Shown here piece after piece: positions 32,518 to 42,844 of a stretch of DNA of 64,000 nucleotides. Position 1 is the first letter of the stretch, and every line of letters starts with the position of its first letter. The position numbers and the translations under genes were made by a program. This DNA is from Squalus acanthias (lineage: Eukaryota), in NCBI GenBank assembly GCA_030390025.1, contig CM059432.1, positions 118,484,001-118,548,000 of the forward strand, in the 5' to 3' direction. The notes below the pieces were generated by a model, which did no database searches, was not told the DNA's origin, and saw nothing but the letters and a program-made list of their open reading frames with translations.

Positions 32518-34869
32518 ATGGAACGACTTCTAGTTTTGCTCGTGGCAATCGGATGTGGATTGGCCTATCGGGGCCTCACCAAGGATGTCGTGGTGTTTGG
32601 ATGTTCCGGGGACACGGCCCCCATCGCGGTGGATGGGACCGGGAGACGGAAGGCAGAAGGGACCAGCACCTATTTCCACAAGGGAAGGTGGCCAGGATGG
32701 CTGGGAACGAACTCAACGGAGTATTCCAGCACATCGGGGTTCGCCTACAAAGAGACTTCTTTAATGTGCCCCAAAGTACGGATCATCGCACCCAGGATCA
32801 GCGTCACCGTCGGCAAACGGATTTGTTTGACCTGCAGTGGGAATGTCCCATTGAGCCGATGGTGGTGGCTGCGAAAGCTGAGCAAAACTATGAGGAACTC
32901 TTCGGTTGAGTGGGAGCGACTGGGTAATAATACCCATCGGACAATTACGGGGACAAACGGACAAGTGAAAGTCTGTTGGGACAAATGGTGGGAACCGGAT
33001 GAGGGGATTTATGTTTGTATGTGGGGGTCAAAGTACGTTTGCCCCAAAGGCATCTCCATATTCTTTATTAACCAGTGGCAGGATAACGGACAGGGGATGA
33101 GGTGGGATGCGAGCACCAGGGGGTGCGGAGCCCCATATTCTCCGATCCCAGTAAATGCCACTGAGCTCATTACGCGCCCACGCAAAGCCCCGCCCACGAT
33201 TCCGGTAGTTCTAACTGAGGAAGAAGGGTGCCCTAAAACTAGTAAGGGACCCGGGAACGGTTTGGTACTGGTCCCCACAGACCAGATACTATTTCAGGGA
33301 GTGCATTACGCGGTGGCCTCGGTGATTTTAAATCTCACTGAGGTACGGTTACCAGAGTGGTGCCCCAAAAAGACGGAACAGTTGTACCAGGTCCTGTTGA
33401 CCAAGATGTTCAGGCAATTTTACGAGTTTGATTTTGCAGAAATTGATAAGACAAGTTTATACACCGCACCGCAGGAAGTTTTGGACCAAGTAGGGAGGCA
33501 AAGAAGGGGTTTGGTGAACGATGCGTTCACTGCTTTTAACACAGGGACATCTGTGGTCAACGCTCTAGACAGTGTGGAGCTGCAGACCCAGATTAATGGT
33601 TTAAAAACACAGTTAAAGGATATTCTTACAGATGAGAATAAAGTGGTAGGGTCGGGTCTGCACGAGGACCAAGCCATGACACTCCACTTAAAGGAAATCA
33701 TAGCAGAGCTGGAGAAACATGCGCGTACGGTAAATGCCCTGATTAGGGAAGATCGGAATGCATCCGATCAAGCTGCGCAGAACGAGGTGTGCGTGCTTTA
33801 CGGGGCGTGGTTACTGGGCGAGGGCCGCAGTAATTTGGAGGATTTAAAACAAGGTTTGGTCCCGTCCTGGATAAGTAACAAACACCTGCGGGCGCTCCAC
33901 CCTTTTCAGAACGCATTAAGTCCGTGCCAGCTCAGGCTAGCTTCAGAAGCTTACCCAGTCCCCGTGGACTGCGGACGTTCAAACCATACTATTATGGGAA
34001 TAGTATTACGCATGCCGGTTTTGGGCAACACAGCAAAGCCCGCCCCGGTGTATCGGGTAGAGAACATTGGTGTCATTCAGGGGGGAGCCCACATTCGTTA
34101 TGCAGCGGTTCCACCTTACGTCATCCGCTGGGAGCAAACGATGACAGGTACAGATCTCTCTGGTTGTCGTGGCAGGGGAGCACACATAATACTGTGCCCC
34201 CAGCACTTGAATGCCTTTTTAACACCACAGTGCGGGTTCAGAACGGCTGGCGCCAAGTCCATGAATTGCACCATGGAGGCAATGGCACAAGATCATGTGC
34301 CTCCGCAGGTAGCATACATCGGGGGTGGAACATATTGTGTTACCACTGCAGCGCAACACTACCAGCATGGAAACCGTAGCCGGTGTCCGGTGAGTGACAG
34401 CAGTTTCTGTTTTAAACCCAGGGCTGAAGTTCAAGTAGCACAACAGCGAATTATCCCAATCCCTGAACCATCCACTGTTCATCTCACAGTAAAAGAGAAT
34501 TTTACCGACTTGCAGCGATTTGTCGCACATTTTGGGTACCTCATTCCCCCTCTCCCCGAGCATTTAACCAAACTTCTGAAAGCCGTCGCGGTGTCACAAA
34601 AGCATTTCTATACATTAGAACAGAAAACCGTCGAGATAGGTACAGACATTTTGGACATAGTGGTTCCACCGTGGTGGAATCTGTTCACGAATATTGAAGT
34701 GCCCTCATGGGTCAGAATAGCCTCCCACATTTTAGTCGTCTGTCAAGTGTTTATTGTAGTATACCTTTTGTTCATACATTGTAAAAGAGACAAGCGCCTC
34801 ACCAAGCATGAGAACACGGGAGAGTGGCGAGAACGTTACGTGCGCGTGCACGATGAGAGCGCAGTGTAA
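32518..34869 (+). CDS. env: Envelope glycoprotein, F-like class I fusion protein with N-terminal Ig-like domain
   Basis: 783 aa. Signal peptide (MERLLVLLVAIGCGLA), several N-x-S/T sequons, furin site RQRR (aa 327-330), heptad repeat, Cys-rich ectodomain, TM helix (ILVVCQVFIVVYLLFIHC) and a short tail. Confidence 0.9.
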   Translation: MERLLVLLVAIGCGLAYRGLTKDVVVFGCSGDTAPIAVDGTGRRKAEGTSTYFHKGRWPGWLGTNSTEYSSTSGFAYKETSLMCPKVRIIAPRISVTVGKRICLTCSGNVPLSRWWWLRKLSKTMRNSSVEWERLGNNTHRTITGTNGQVKVCWDKWWEPDEGIYVCMWGSKYVCPKGISIFFINQWQDNGQGMRWDASTRGCGAPYSPIPVNATELITRPRKAPPTIPVVLTEEEGCPKTSKGPGNGLVLVPTDQILFQGVHYAVASVILNLTEVRLPEWCPKKTEQLYQVLLTKMFRQFYEFDFAEIDKTSLYTAPQEVLDQVGRQRRGLVNDAFTAFNTGTSVVNALDSVELQTQINGLKTQLKDILTDENKVVGSGLHEDQAMTLHLKEIIAELEKHARTVNALIREDRNASDQAAQNEVCVLYGAWLLGEGRSNLEDLKQGLVPSWISNKHLRALHPFQNALSPCQLRLASEAYPVPVDCGRSNHTIMGIVLRMPVLGNTAKPAPVYRVENIGVIQGGAHIRYAAVPPYVIRWEQTMTGTDLSGCRGRGAHIILCPQHLNAFLTPQCGFRTAGAKSMNCTMEAMAQDHVPPQVAYIGGGTYCVTTAAQHYQHGNRSRCPVSDSSFCFKPRAEVQVAQQRIIPIPEPSTVHLTVKENFTDLQRFVAHFGYLIPPLPEHLTKLLKAVAVSQKHFYTLEQKTVEIGTDILDIVVPPWWNLFTNIEVPSWVRIASHILVVCQVFIVVYLLFIHCKRDKRLTKHENTGEWRERYVRVHDESAV

Positions 34870-35284
34870 TGGGAAAATGGCGTCACTCCCGCTCGCCACG
34901 TGCGCCGCGGAAGTTTGTACTCATTGTAAATACGTTGGAAACTCGACATGTTTAAGAGTCGGGATTTGTTTATTTTGGTGATGGTGTTGATTGTTTGGTT
35001 TTTGGGTTTTGTTTTTCCTTCCCTTGAATAAAAGACAAATATACAGGTGATGCGTGAGGTATCGGCCTGGTTACGCCGGGAAGGAAAACAAGTGGTGTAA
35101 GTTTAAGGGCAAATGATGCCTACGGTGATATAAAATGTGATTTTTCTTGGGAAATGAGGACGACACAGAGACCCTAGTGAAGTTAAAATTTATGGGATTA
35201 ATTTACTGGATTCGGAGTGAAATCGAGATAAGATTGCTCACCACTGAGATTTTTGATACGATAAGCGGAGTTATTCGCATCAAC

Positions 35285-35292
35285 AGGAGGGA
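35285..35292 (+). promoter_or_regulatory. Short polypurine tract
   Basis: AGGAGGGA lies one base before the 3' LTR TGT. Confidence 0.6.
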
Positions 35293-35293
35293 C

Positions 35294-36889
35294 TGTAGAA
35301 TTCGCAATTATCGCGATTTCATTTTAATAAGGAGAAAACACAAAGTTTCGTTCAAAACAGCTTTTATTTCAGCGGAATGCTGTCAGGTTTAAATTGGACA
35401 CAAGCAGCCTGTAAAATGGCCGCCGCACCGCGTGACAGAACATTCTAGACTTTTCAGCAGGCAGACAAGATGGCGTTCCAATAAACATTCTTGCAAGATC
35501 GATAACGATTCAGCACAGTGAAGACAATACACAGGACATTATGGGTTTACAGTATAAACATCGATACTGGAATCGGTCTCCCAGGTACAAAGGAAAGCCA
35601 TCAAGGGCCCATCCAAAGGACATTAATATGTAAACTCCCAACGGCTCTACGATGAGAGAGCCGTTAGCAGGTAGTTATACAGGACACTTGGAAGCCCCAA
35701 ACCCCTCCAGGGGGAACACCGACCGATTTAACAATGGGAGAAATATTAACAGGTACTCAAACATTCAGGAGTAGCCCCGAAACCCATTAAGGACAGAGAT
35801 CACCCATACAGGACATTTTGGGCGCCAAACCTTAAACAAAAGAATGGACATTGTAGTTGGGCGGGAAACGGAAGAACTGTGCACTATAATTGCAGGCCCC
35901 AAACCGTCCATTCTCTCTCTGGCCTCTTGCTCTTGCTCTTGCCTCGTGTTCTTGACTCTTGCCGCTTGTTGCTGTTATCATCGTGGCTGCTCCTGTGTAA
36001 AAGACTGTTGCAAAGACCTATGTTGGTAGCTGGCAGCGGAACCGAAGGCCCGGGATGAGATGAGATGAGATGAGATGAGAGGAGAAGAGAAGAAGACCTT
36101 ATCCATCGCCACGGTCAGTAGATCCCGACCGCGCCTGTAGGTCGATCAGCCAAGTCTTCTCGACAGGAAGTTTTCTTCTTTAACAAGACATATTGCATCG
36201 ACGATAACTGGACTGTGCAAACACATCGTATCAGCGATATTGACAACGGTGCTCCACCATACCTTGTATCCAACCAACAGAGGTCTTCACTACAGCGGAC
36301 GGTCCAGCCGACTGACCGAGCAGCAGAAGCAGTAAACAAGTGGGACCAGGAGATCTCCTGACCAACACGTGGGTGCTGCGGTGAAAAACATCCGATCAGC
36401 TATTCGGGATTTCTCCGAGTTATTACGAGTGGTGAGCATGAGTCTCGGGATCCTACGAAGCTAGTTTAGGATAGACATTGATAGGGGAGGGTTTAAAGAT
36501 TAAGGATATTTGTAATGTGTGCCCTATTTACGTTGTGCTGGTCGTTCCTCGTTTCCCTAAGAGTGATTATAACTGTTTGTAAGATTGTACTGTCATTAAT
36601 CTGTGCATATGACATGTATTTCATAATTTTAAGTATCATGCAATAAAGATTTTCCATTTCGTACCGTTCAAACCAAGTCTACATGAGTTTTATCTCCATT
36701 ACTGCTCTCGCATCTAAGTCCAGTGTCCAGAACCGTAAGGGAGAGTGATTCGAACCACTCACAGGGGTGTCTAGGGTTCCCAGACTGGCTGGAGACCAGG
36801 CCTAGACCCGCACTGACATACAGGCTGCACAGAGCCGCGTGAATCTCACAGGCTACGAGACACGCAGGGTCAGGAGAGCATCCCTTACA
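35294..36889 (+). repeat. 3' LTR (1596 bp)
   Basis: Copy of the 5' LTR. The only difference seen by eye is T25752 vs C36728. Preceded by purine run AGGAGGGA. Confidence 0.96.
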
Positions 36890-37212
36890 CTGGGGAGTCC
36901 AGAAACATGGGCCACAGCCTCAGAATAAAGGGAAGGCTATTCAGGACTGAAATGAGAAGAAATTTCTTCACAGAGAAGGTGGTGAATTTTTGGAATTCTC
37001 TACCCCAGAGGGCTGTGGAGGCTCAGTCATTGGGTATATTCAAAACAGAAGTTGATAGATTTCTGACTAGTAAGGGCATCAAGGGATATGTCGCTAGGGC
37101 CAGTGAATGGAATTGAGACAGAAGATCAGCCATGATCTCGTTGAATGGCGGAGCAGGCTCGAATGGCCGAATGGCCTAATCCTGCTCCTATTTCTTAAAT
37201 TCATAGGTTCTT
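36890..37212 (+). mobile_element. CR1 LINE 3' end (continuation after the ERV)
   Basis: GHSLRIKGRLFRTEMRRNFFT, the CR1 3' UTR and a degenerate TTCTTA-type tail. Confidence 0.92.
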
Positions 37213-37220
37213 ATATCAAA

Positions 37221-39108
37221 ATGGCTGCTTAAAGACCAAAGGCATCTCCAAGATTCGATGATGATGACTCCCTCCATGCTCTTGTGGAGTGAGAGTGTGC
37301 CAAGAGGTACTGTTCCCCTCAAATGGACGGAGGAAGCCTCCTCAGCAAACCAAGGCAGCCTGGCTGAAATTTGTTGAGGTTAGCGGTAGGTCTTTGTGTG
37401 CACGCACCTGGGTTCAGTGCAGGAAAAGGTTCAATGACCTGCTATACACAGCAAAAGTGAATATAACATCACACTTACCTTCAATCTCCACTCATCACCA
37501 GCACCCTGCATTGTCAACCTACTCCTGCACAGCTCACTTTACCCTTACATCTCTTGCACCCTTAACCATCCCTCTCTTTCTATGAACACAATCACTTCAC
37601 CATTCTACTATGCACCCGTCACACTCGCTATCACTGTTATGCAATGACAACAACTAACAATGCACAGGGAGGGTCCTTGCTATTGGCACCTCACTCCATC
37701 TTTGTCTCCCTCTAAGCATCTATGCTATGGATTCTCTACACTCACTCCAACATTCTCGCTCAAACTCCACTTGTGTCCCTCATTGCAGGAAACGAGAGCC
37801 CACAATAAGAGGGAGAGGGGCAAGACAGGAGGAGGGCCACCTTCGATTGCCCACATTTACACCGCTGAGGAAGCTGCTCTCGACATCGTTGGAAGTGCTG
37901 AGGATCTGGAAGTGGGGGACGGTCAGACGGGCGCAGTAGAGCAAGCTGCTGACAGAATAGATTTGCAGCCGTCTCATTTATATTGCATGAGTGACTGGTA
38001 TGGCATCTGATGTTCATACAGATTGAGTTATGATCATCTGCACAATTTGAAGTGCTTGCTACGTTAATATCACATGTCTAACTCATGCCTTTACTACCCC
38101 ACAGGACCATCGAGAGCCCCCCTCCCCACTGTCCAGGAGGAAGAGCCAGAAGTCTCCTCAGAGGAAGCTGAAACCTCTGAGGGCACAGTGCCAGCAGAAT
38201 TGAGCGCACCCAGCACCAGCGCAGAGACGCACACCTCGGTGGGTCATTCACTAGATAGATTAGTGTTGTCACCTGGTGTAGCGCAGCTCACAAGTGAGCA
38301 TCAGCAGATGGTGGAGACAGCGACAGCAGTGGAGAGTCCTCGTTGGAGGCTGCAGGGCGCTCCCAGCTCTGCTCAGCTGCATGTGGACGCTGTGCCTCTG
38401 GGGCCATCCAGAAAGAGAGTGGTGCTGGAACTCCAGAAACAAGTGCAGGAGTCTCTGACAGGTTTTGCATCTACGGTAACTGCGAGCATGCAGAGAATGG
38501 AGGAGTCCATCTCAAACATAAGCAATGCCATGGTGGAGGCAATGGTGCATGAACGTGCCGCCATGGAGAGGGTGGCAACTTCCTTGGAGGACATAACTTG
38601 CCGGCTCAACAGAGCATGGTGACTCTTCTAAATAGATGGTCTGCTATGGAGGATAGATGGGCATCTATTGAGGAGAGACACCAGAGGTACATGGACGTCC
38701 CCGTTATGAGGACTGTCAGTACAGAGATGGGTCCTCATGGCCCCACTGATGTGTAGCAAGGTGCTCTCCAGCTACTTGCTAGCAGTGAAGTGTGGGCAAC
38801 CCAAGAGAGGGATGTTGGTGGTCAACAACAAGGAAGTGTGGGCTCCTCTCCAAGTGCTCACACTACCATGCCACTGCGGAGCCCTCGGTCAGGGCCCTAG
38901 ATTCCTCACCCAACTGAGATGGCCATCTCAGCCCCTGCACAGCCGCAGGAGGAGCAGACTGTTGCCGAGCCCTCCCAGGCTCCCAAACCCAGAGGACGCC
39001 CGCCAAAGGTATCGAAGCAGGAGCAGCATGAAACTGAGTAAGATGCCTCAACATCAGCTGAAGCCACAGGGGAAGCACCACGTAGAAGCACGCGTAAGAG
39101 AAAGTTAG
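37221..39108 (+). pseudogene. Harbinger Myb/SANT-like DNA-binding gene, multi-exon, decayed
   Basis: AW..V...RTWVQCRKRFNDL motif (37289-37460). Later exon-like blocks (RGKTGGGPP, acidic/coiled-coil region) carry stops and frameshifts. Confidence 0.8.
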
Positions 39109-39339
39109 CACACAAATAGTCACAAGGGTAATCACTTGGGTATTTTGATGTAATACACATTGAAGATTATAATTGTCATTTCAGTTGTAATAAAGAAATG
39201 CGTTGGCAAACATTCAAAGAGTTGGCCTATGTGTGCCCAGACATGGAAGTGTCACAGTGAGGTGTCAGGGCACATTTCATCTGTAATGATGGTGGTGAGA
39301 GTGATAGGAACCCAGAGTTTATTGTACAGATGGTGTATG

Positions 39340-41038
39340 TGTAAGGTTTCCAAAATTTACAGATCCCCAAAACCTAAGGAAAAAGGACTTTGGAACTACC
39401 TCAGAGTGATAATATTGTATTTGGGCATAACCTAAGAGAATGTAAGACCAAAAACCAAGTTTTGGCATTTTAAAAACTATGTCTGGGCCTGCAATGGAAC
39501 AAGAGGTGGGGACAACCTCTGTAAAAGCAGTTTTGGGTATTGCAGTTAATTGCAATGTCTGGGGAACCGGGATGAGCTCACTCAAAGCCCCAGCAAGCAT
39601 TAACCTTTTGACAATAGACCCTAGGAGAAGACAGTCCCACCCAAAACAACAGGTCCCATCAAACCGATTACAGGGCCCATCAGGAAACTTGCATAATACA
39701 AATCACTCAGGACTAGGCTATAGAAAAGACTGAGTCCAGCCTAGAAACCCAAAACACGAAACCAATCACCAGCAATCAGCCAAGAAGATCGACAGGATGC
39801 AAACCATCCCAAAACCCATTTAACACTTACAGAGCAGTTACTGGTAGCTGGCCCGCCAAATTCAGACAATGAACTGAACAGATTTGGCGGGTAGATAAGG
39901 CCATATTCAATGGGTGAGATTGAAGGCCTGTTAAAACCCAGTTAACGTGCTAGTAAATCGTTACCGATTTACGAGCCCGCCAAAACTAGACAATGAACTG
40001 AACAGATTTGGCGGGTAGATAAGGCCACTTCAATTCTGTATAATTGAAGGCCCTCCAAGCACACACCAAGCAAGAAGAGAGAGAAACACCACAGTTCAAA
40101 GTCGTTGGGCTGAGCAGTCAGTCGCAACCGGTGGTCATCAGAAGGAGGAGAGACCAAGCAGAAGAAGGCCCGAGCTGGAAGCGAGTTGGCATCGCTCACC
40201 ACTCAGACACACCTGAGTCCAGCTCGCGAAGACACCACCTCAACGGACCTCCAGCAACGGCCCCAACACAGTCACCCGGAGCAACAAGCAGCAACAAGTC
40301 ACCGACGGCTCCACGAGGTCGACCGACACACTAAACAAGGCCTAAAGCCATCGCGGAAACCAAAGGCCTCACGAAAGCAACAACCACGCATTACCCCCAC
40401 TGACCGGGTAATCGCAGGCCACCACGACCAACAAAGACCAACTCCAGGGAAGAAAACCCGAAGAATCACAAAGTTTCCACACTACAAACTACTCCTGACT
40501 TACCCCTGGGTAAGATTTTCCCCAAAGACTCTAAGCCCTACTGCTCAACTAAAGAAATTGGGTACTCACCAGATAAATCCATAACAACATCCTACCGCAT
40601 CAGTGGACACGCGAAGACTGACCAAAGACCCAGGTGAAGTCCTCTACCGCGTACGGGGTACGGCAGACACTAACCGCCATAAACAGCGAACCCCAAAACT
40701 GCGATTTAGCCCAACTGTCAAAGGATTGGTGAGCATTATCCCTGGTCCTTCAAAACCTAACTTAGCTAGTAAAGTGGGGTTGGGAGGGGTGAAGTATTGT
40801 TCTTCTGTCATTTCCCTCGCTTGTACCGAAGTGTTCCCCACCTTTTAGAGTGATAAGAGTGTTATTATTTGTGTCCTACCTTTTAATAAAGATTGAAGTT
40901 CTTTCATCAAACTCAGTTGTCTGCTGCACCTTTGTATCACAACCCCCAAATAAGTCCAAGGTCTAGAACCAAGGGAGTGGGAGCGATTCGAACCGCTCAG
41001 AAGTCAGAGGTAAAGCTGACACAAAAACACCACCTACA
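39340..41038 (+). mobile_element. Solo LTR (1699 bp) of a related ERV family
   Basis: TGTAAGG...CCTACA ends, with TATG duplicated at 39336-39339 and 39039+2000=41039-41042. TATAATTG at 40039 and AATAAAGATT at 40885. The U5 motif GTCTAGAACC...GATTCGAACC is shared with the provirus LTR. Confidence 0.88.
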
Positions 41039-41085
41039 TATGGTGTGTTAAGAAGGTGGCAGCCACATGTGTTTGCCTCATAAAC

Positions 41086-42317
41086 TTAAGCGAATCTGGC
41101 ATGGATTAGTGCATCCCTTGCCTCACAGCCAGCAATGTGCTTGCGTGCTTGTGGAACTGGCACATCCGCCACCGCAAGGTCTTCCTCCTCTTTCTCCTCC
41201 TCCTCCTCCTCCTCCTTCTCCTCTGAGGAGGAGGCTGTGCGCTGAGCCACGTGTTCCTCAGGCAGTGGTAAGCCACGCTGCTGTGCGAAGTTGTGCAGTG
41301 CACAGCAGACCACGATGATTCTGGAAACCCTAGCTGTTGAGTACTGCAGGGCTCCACCTGATCTGTCGAGGCATCGGAATCGCATTTTGAGCAAACCGAT
41401 GGTTTGCTCGATGATGCCTCTGGTGGAAATGTGGCTGGCATTGTAGCGCTCCTCAGCTTCGTTTGATGGTCTCCTCAACGACGTCATTAGCCACGTGTTC
41501 AGGGGATAGCCCTTGTCTCCAAGTAGCCATCCAGAAAGTTGGGTTGGCAGATTGAACAGTTGAGGCACACTAGACTGCCGCAGGATGAACGAGTCATGGC
41601 AACTGCCAGGGAACTTGGTGCAAACATGCATAATGTTCTTTCTGTGGTTACACACCAGCTGGACGTTAAGGGAGTGGAGACCCTTGCGGTTGACAAATAC
41701 AGCTGGGTTGTGATGGGGTGCCCTAATAGCCATATGTGTGCAGTTTATGACACCCTGCACCCTTGGCAAGCCTGCCATATTTGCAAAGCCAACCGCACGC
41801 GCGGTTCCACTTGCTTCATCCGTGGAGAAGTGGATGTAATTGTGTGCCTTTGCAAAAAGGGCATCAGTAACCTGCGTGATGCAAGTGTTTGCGGCCGACT
41901 GGGAGATGCCGTTGATGTCTACTGATGATCCCTAGAAGGACCATGAAGCAAAAAAGTTGAGTGCGGTGGTGACTTTGACAGCCACTGGTAAGGAGTGTCC
42001 ACCCGCTCCTCTGGGCTCCAGGTTTTGGTGCAGCATTATGCAGATGTCAGCGACTATCTCTCATGAAAGTCTCAGCCTCCTTTGGCACTGCTTTTCAGTC
42101 ATGTTGAGGAAGCTCATCCTCTGCCTGTAAACCCTGTGTTGGGGGTATCTCCTGCGGCGAGGTGCAGCCCTGCGCTGATGCCCTCTGCCTCGTGCAGCAT
42201 CAGGTTGGTGAGGAGGAGCTGTTGTTGCTGCAGCTGTTGTACCTGGTTCTGCTGCTGCCGTGGCTGCTCTTCATCCGATTCTGAGGACCAGGATGAGAGG
42301 GTATAAATGGTTCCCAT
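41086..42317 (-). pseudogene. Harbinger (HARBI1-like) DDE transposase, disrupted
   Basis: [45 protein letters not shown] and CCALHN. The N-terminal part is broken. Confidence 0.92.
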
Positions 42318-42844
42318 TCTGCTGGTATATATCTCAATTGAGGAATAGATGTTACGAGCGCTCAGTCAATGTGGGGAGAGGGTTTTCCAAGGAGATCACA
42401 GTGCATATGGATCTCAGCTTAAACACGTACAAGCTCAATAGACCTGCAAAATGTGTTCCAACACCTCAAAACACAAAGCTCTGCCATCTGAAAGTCAGCC
42501 ATGTTACAGGTCCACATTTATGCTGCAGGTGCAGCTGTCAACAATTCAGGTACTTGTTCAACCCGGCACAATCAGCTGGTGTGTTTGGCGAACGTCGTGG
42601 AACATGCTGAAAATGGTGTAAAATGGGAAGAGCCTGGTAAAAAGGGATTATGTAGGCAGTTAACAAGCTGTCAACTGCCTTAAGTGTCTCTCCTGCCGCT
42701 TGGTGTCGGGTCTGATCAGGACTCCCAGACCCGACACTTTGCAAAGTTCCGTAGAGGTGGCATGACGGCGGGTTCAGAACCCGCTGTCAATCAAAGCGAC
42801 TTTAACCTCTGACCCACCCTCTGAGCGTCGGCAAAATCGCAGCC

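Larger units (their letters stand above)
24318..36889 (+). mobile_element. Full-length endogenous retrovirus-like provirus (LTR-gag-pol-env-LTR), lokiretrovirus-like
   Basis: Direct repeats 24318-25913 and 35294-36889 (offset 10976) with TG...CA ends. CTGG is duplicated at 24314-24317 and 36890-36893, and removing the element restores a CR1 ORF2 segment (MFPLAG|ESR). Three long open ORFs, a PBS and a short PPT are present. Confidence 0.96.
22549..42844. mobile_element. PIF/Harbinger DNA transposon, expanded by nested CR1, ERV and solo LTR
   Basis: TIRs GGCCACGATTTT (22549) and AAAATCGCAGCC (42833-42844), with AAA duplicated on both sides. The flanks rejoin into one CR1 (GACAGACACAAA|GTCTTTGTTTAATTTCTC). 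Confidence 0.82.

Noticed and set aside
28057..34563. Numerous 60-150 aa antisense and overlapping ORFs inside pol and env
   Set aside because: These are expected shadows of long GC-rich coding frames, with no motifs or independent signals.
34872..34900. GAAAATGGCGTCAC after env resembles the LTR-PBS junction (possible second PBS)
   Set aside because: Only about 10 nt match and there is no extended tRNA complementarity. It is equally explained as a YY1-like motif or chance.
41086..41778. Possible domesticated host HARBI1 or MSANTD genes
   Set aside because: The copies are multiple, frameshifted and bounded by TIRs/TSDs, so they are transposon relics rather than host genes.
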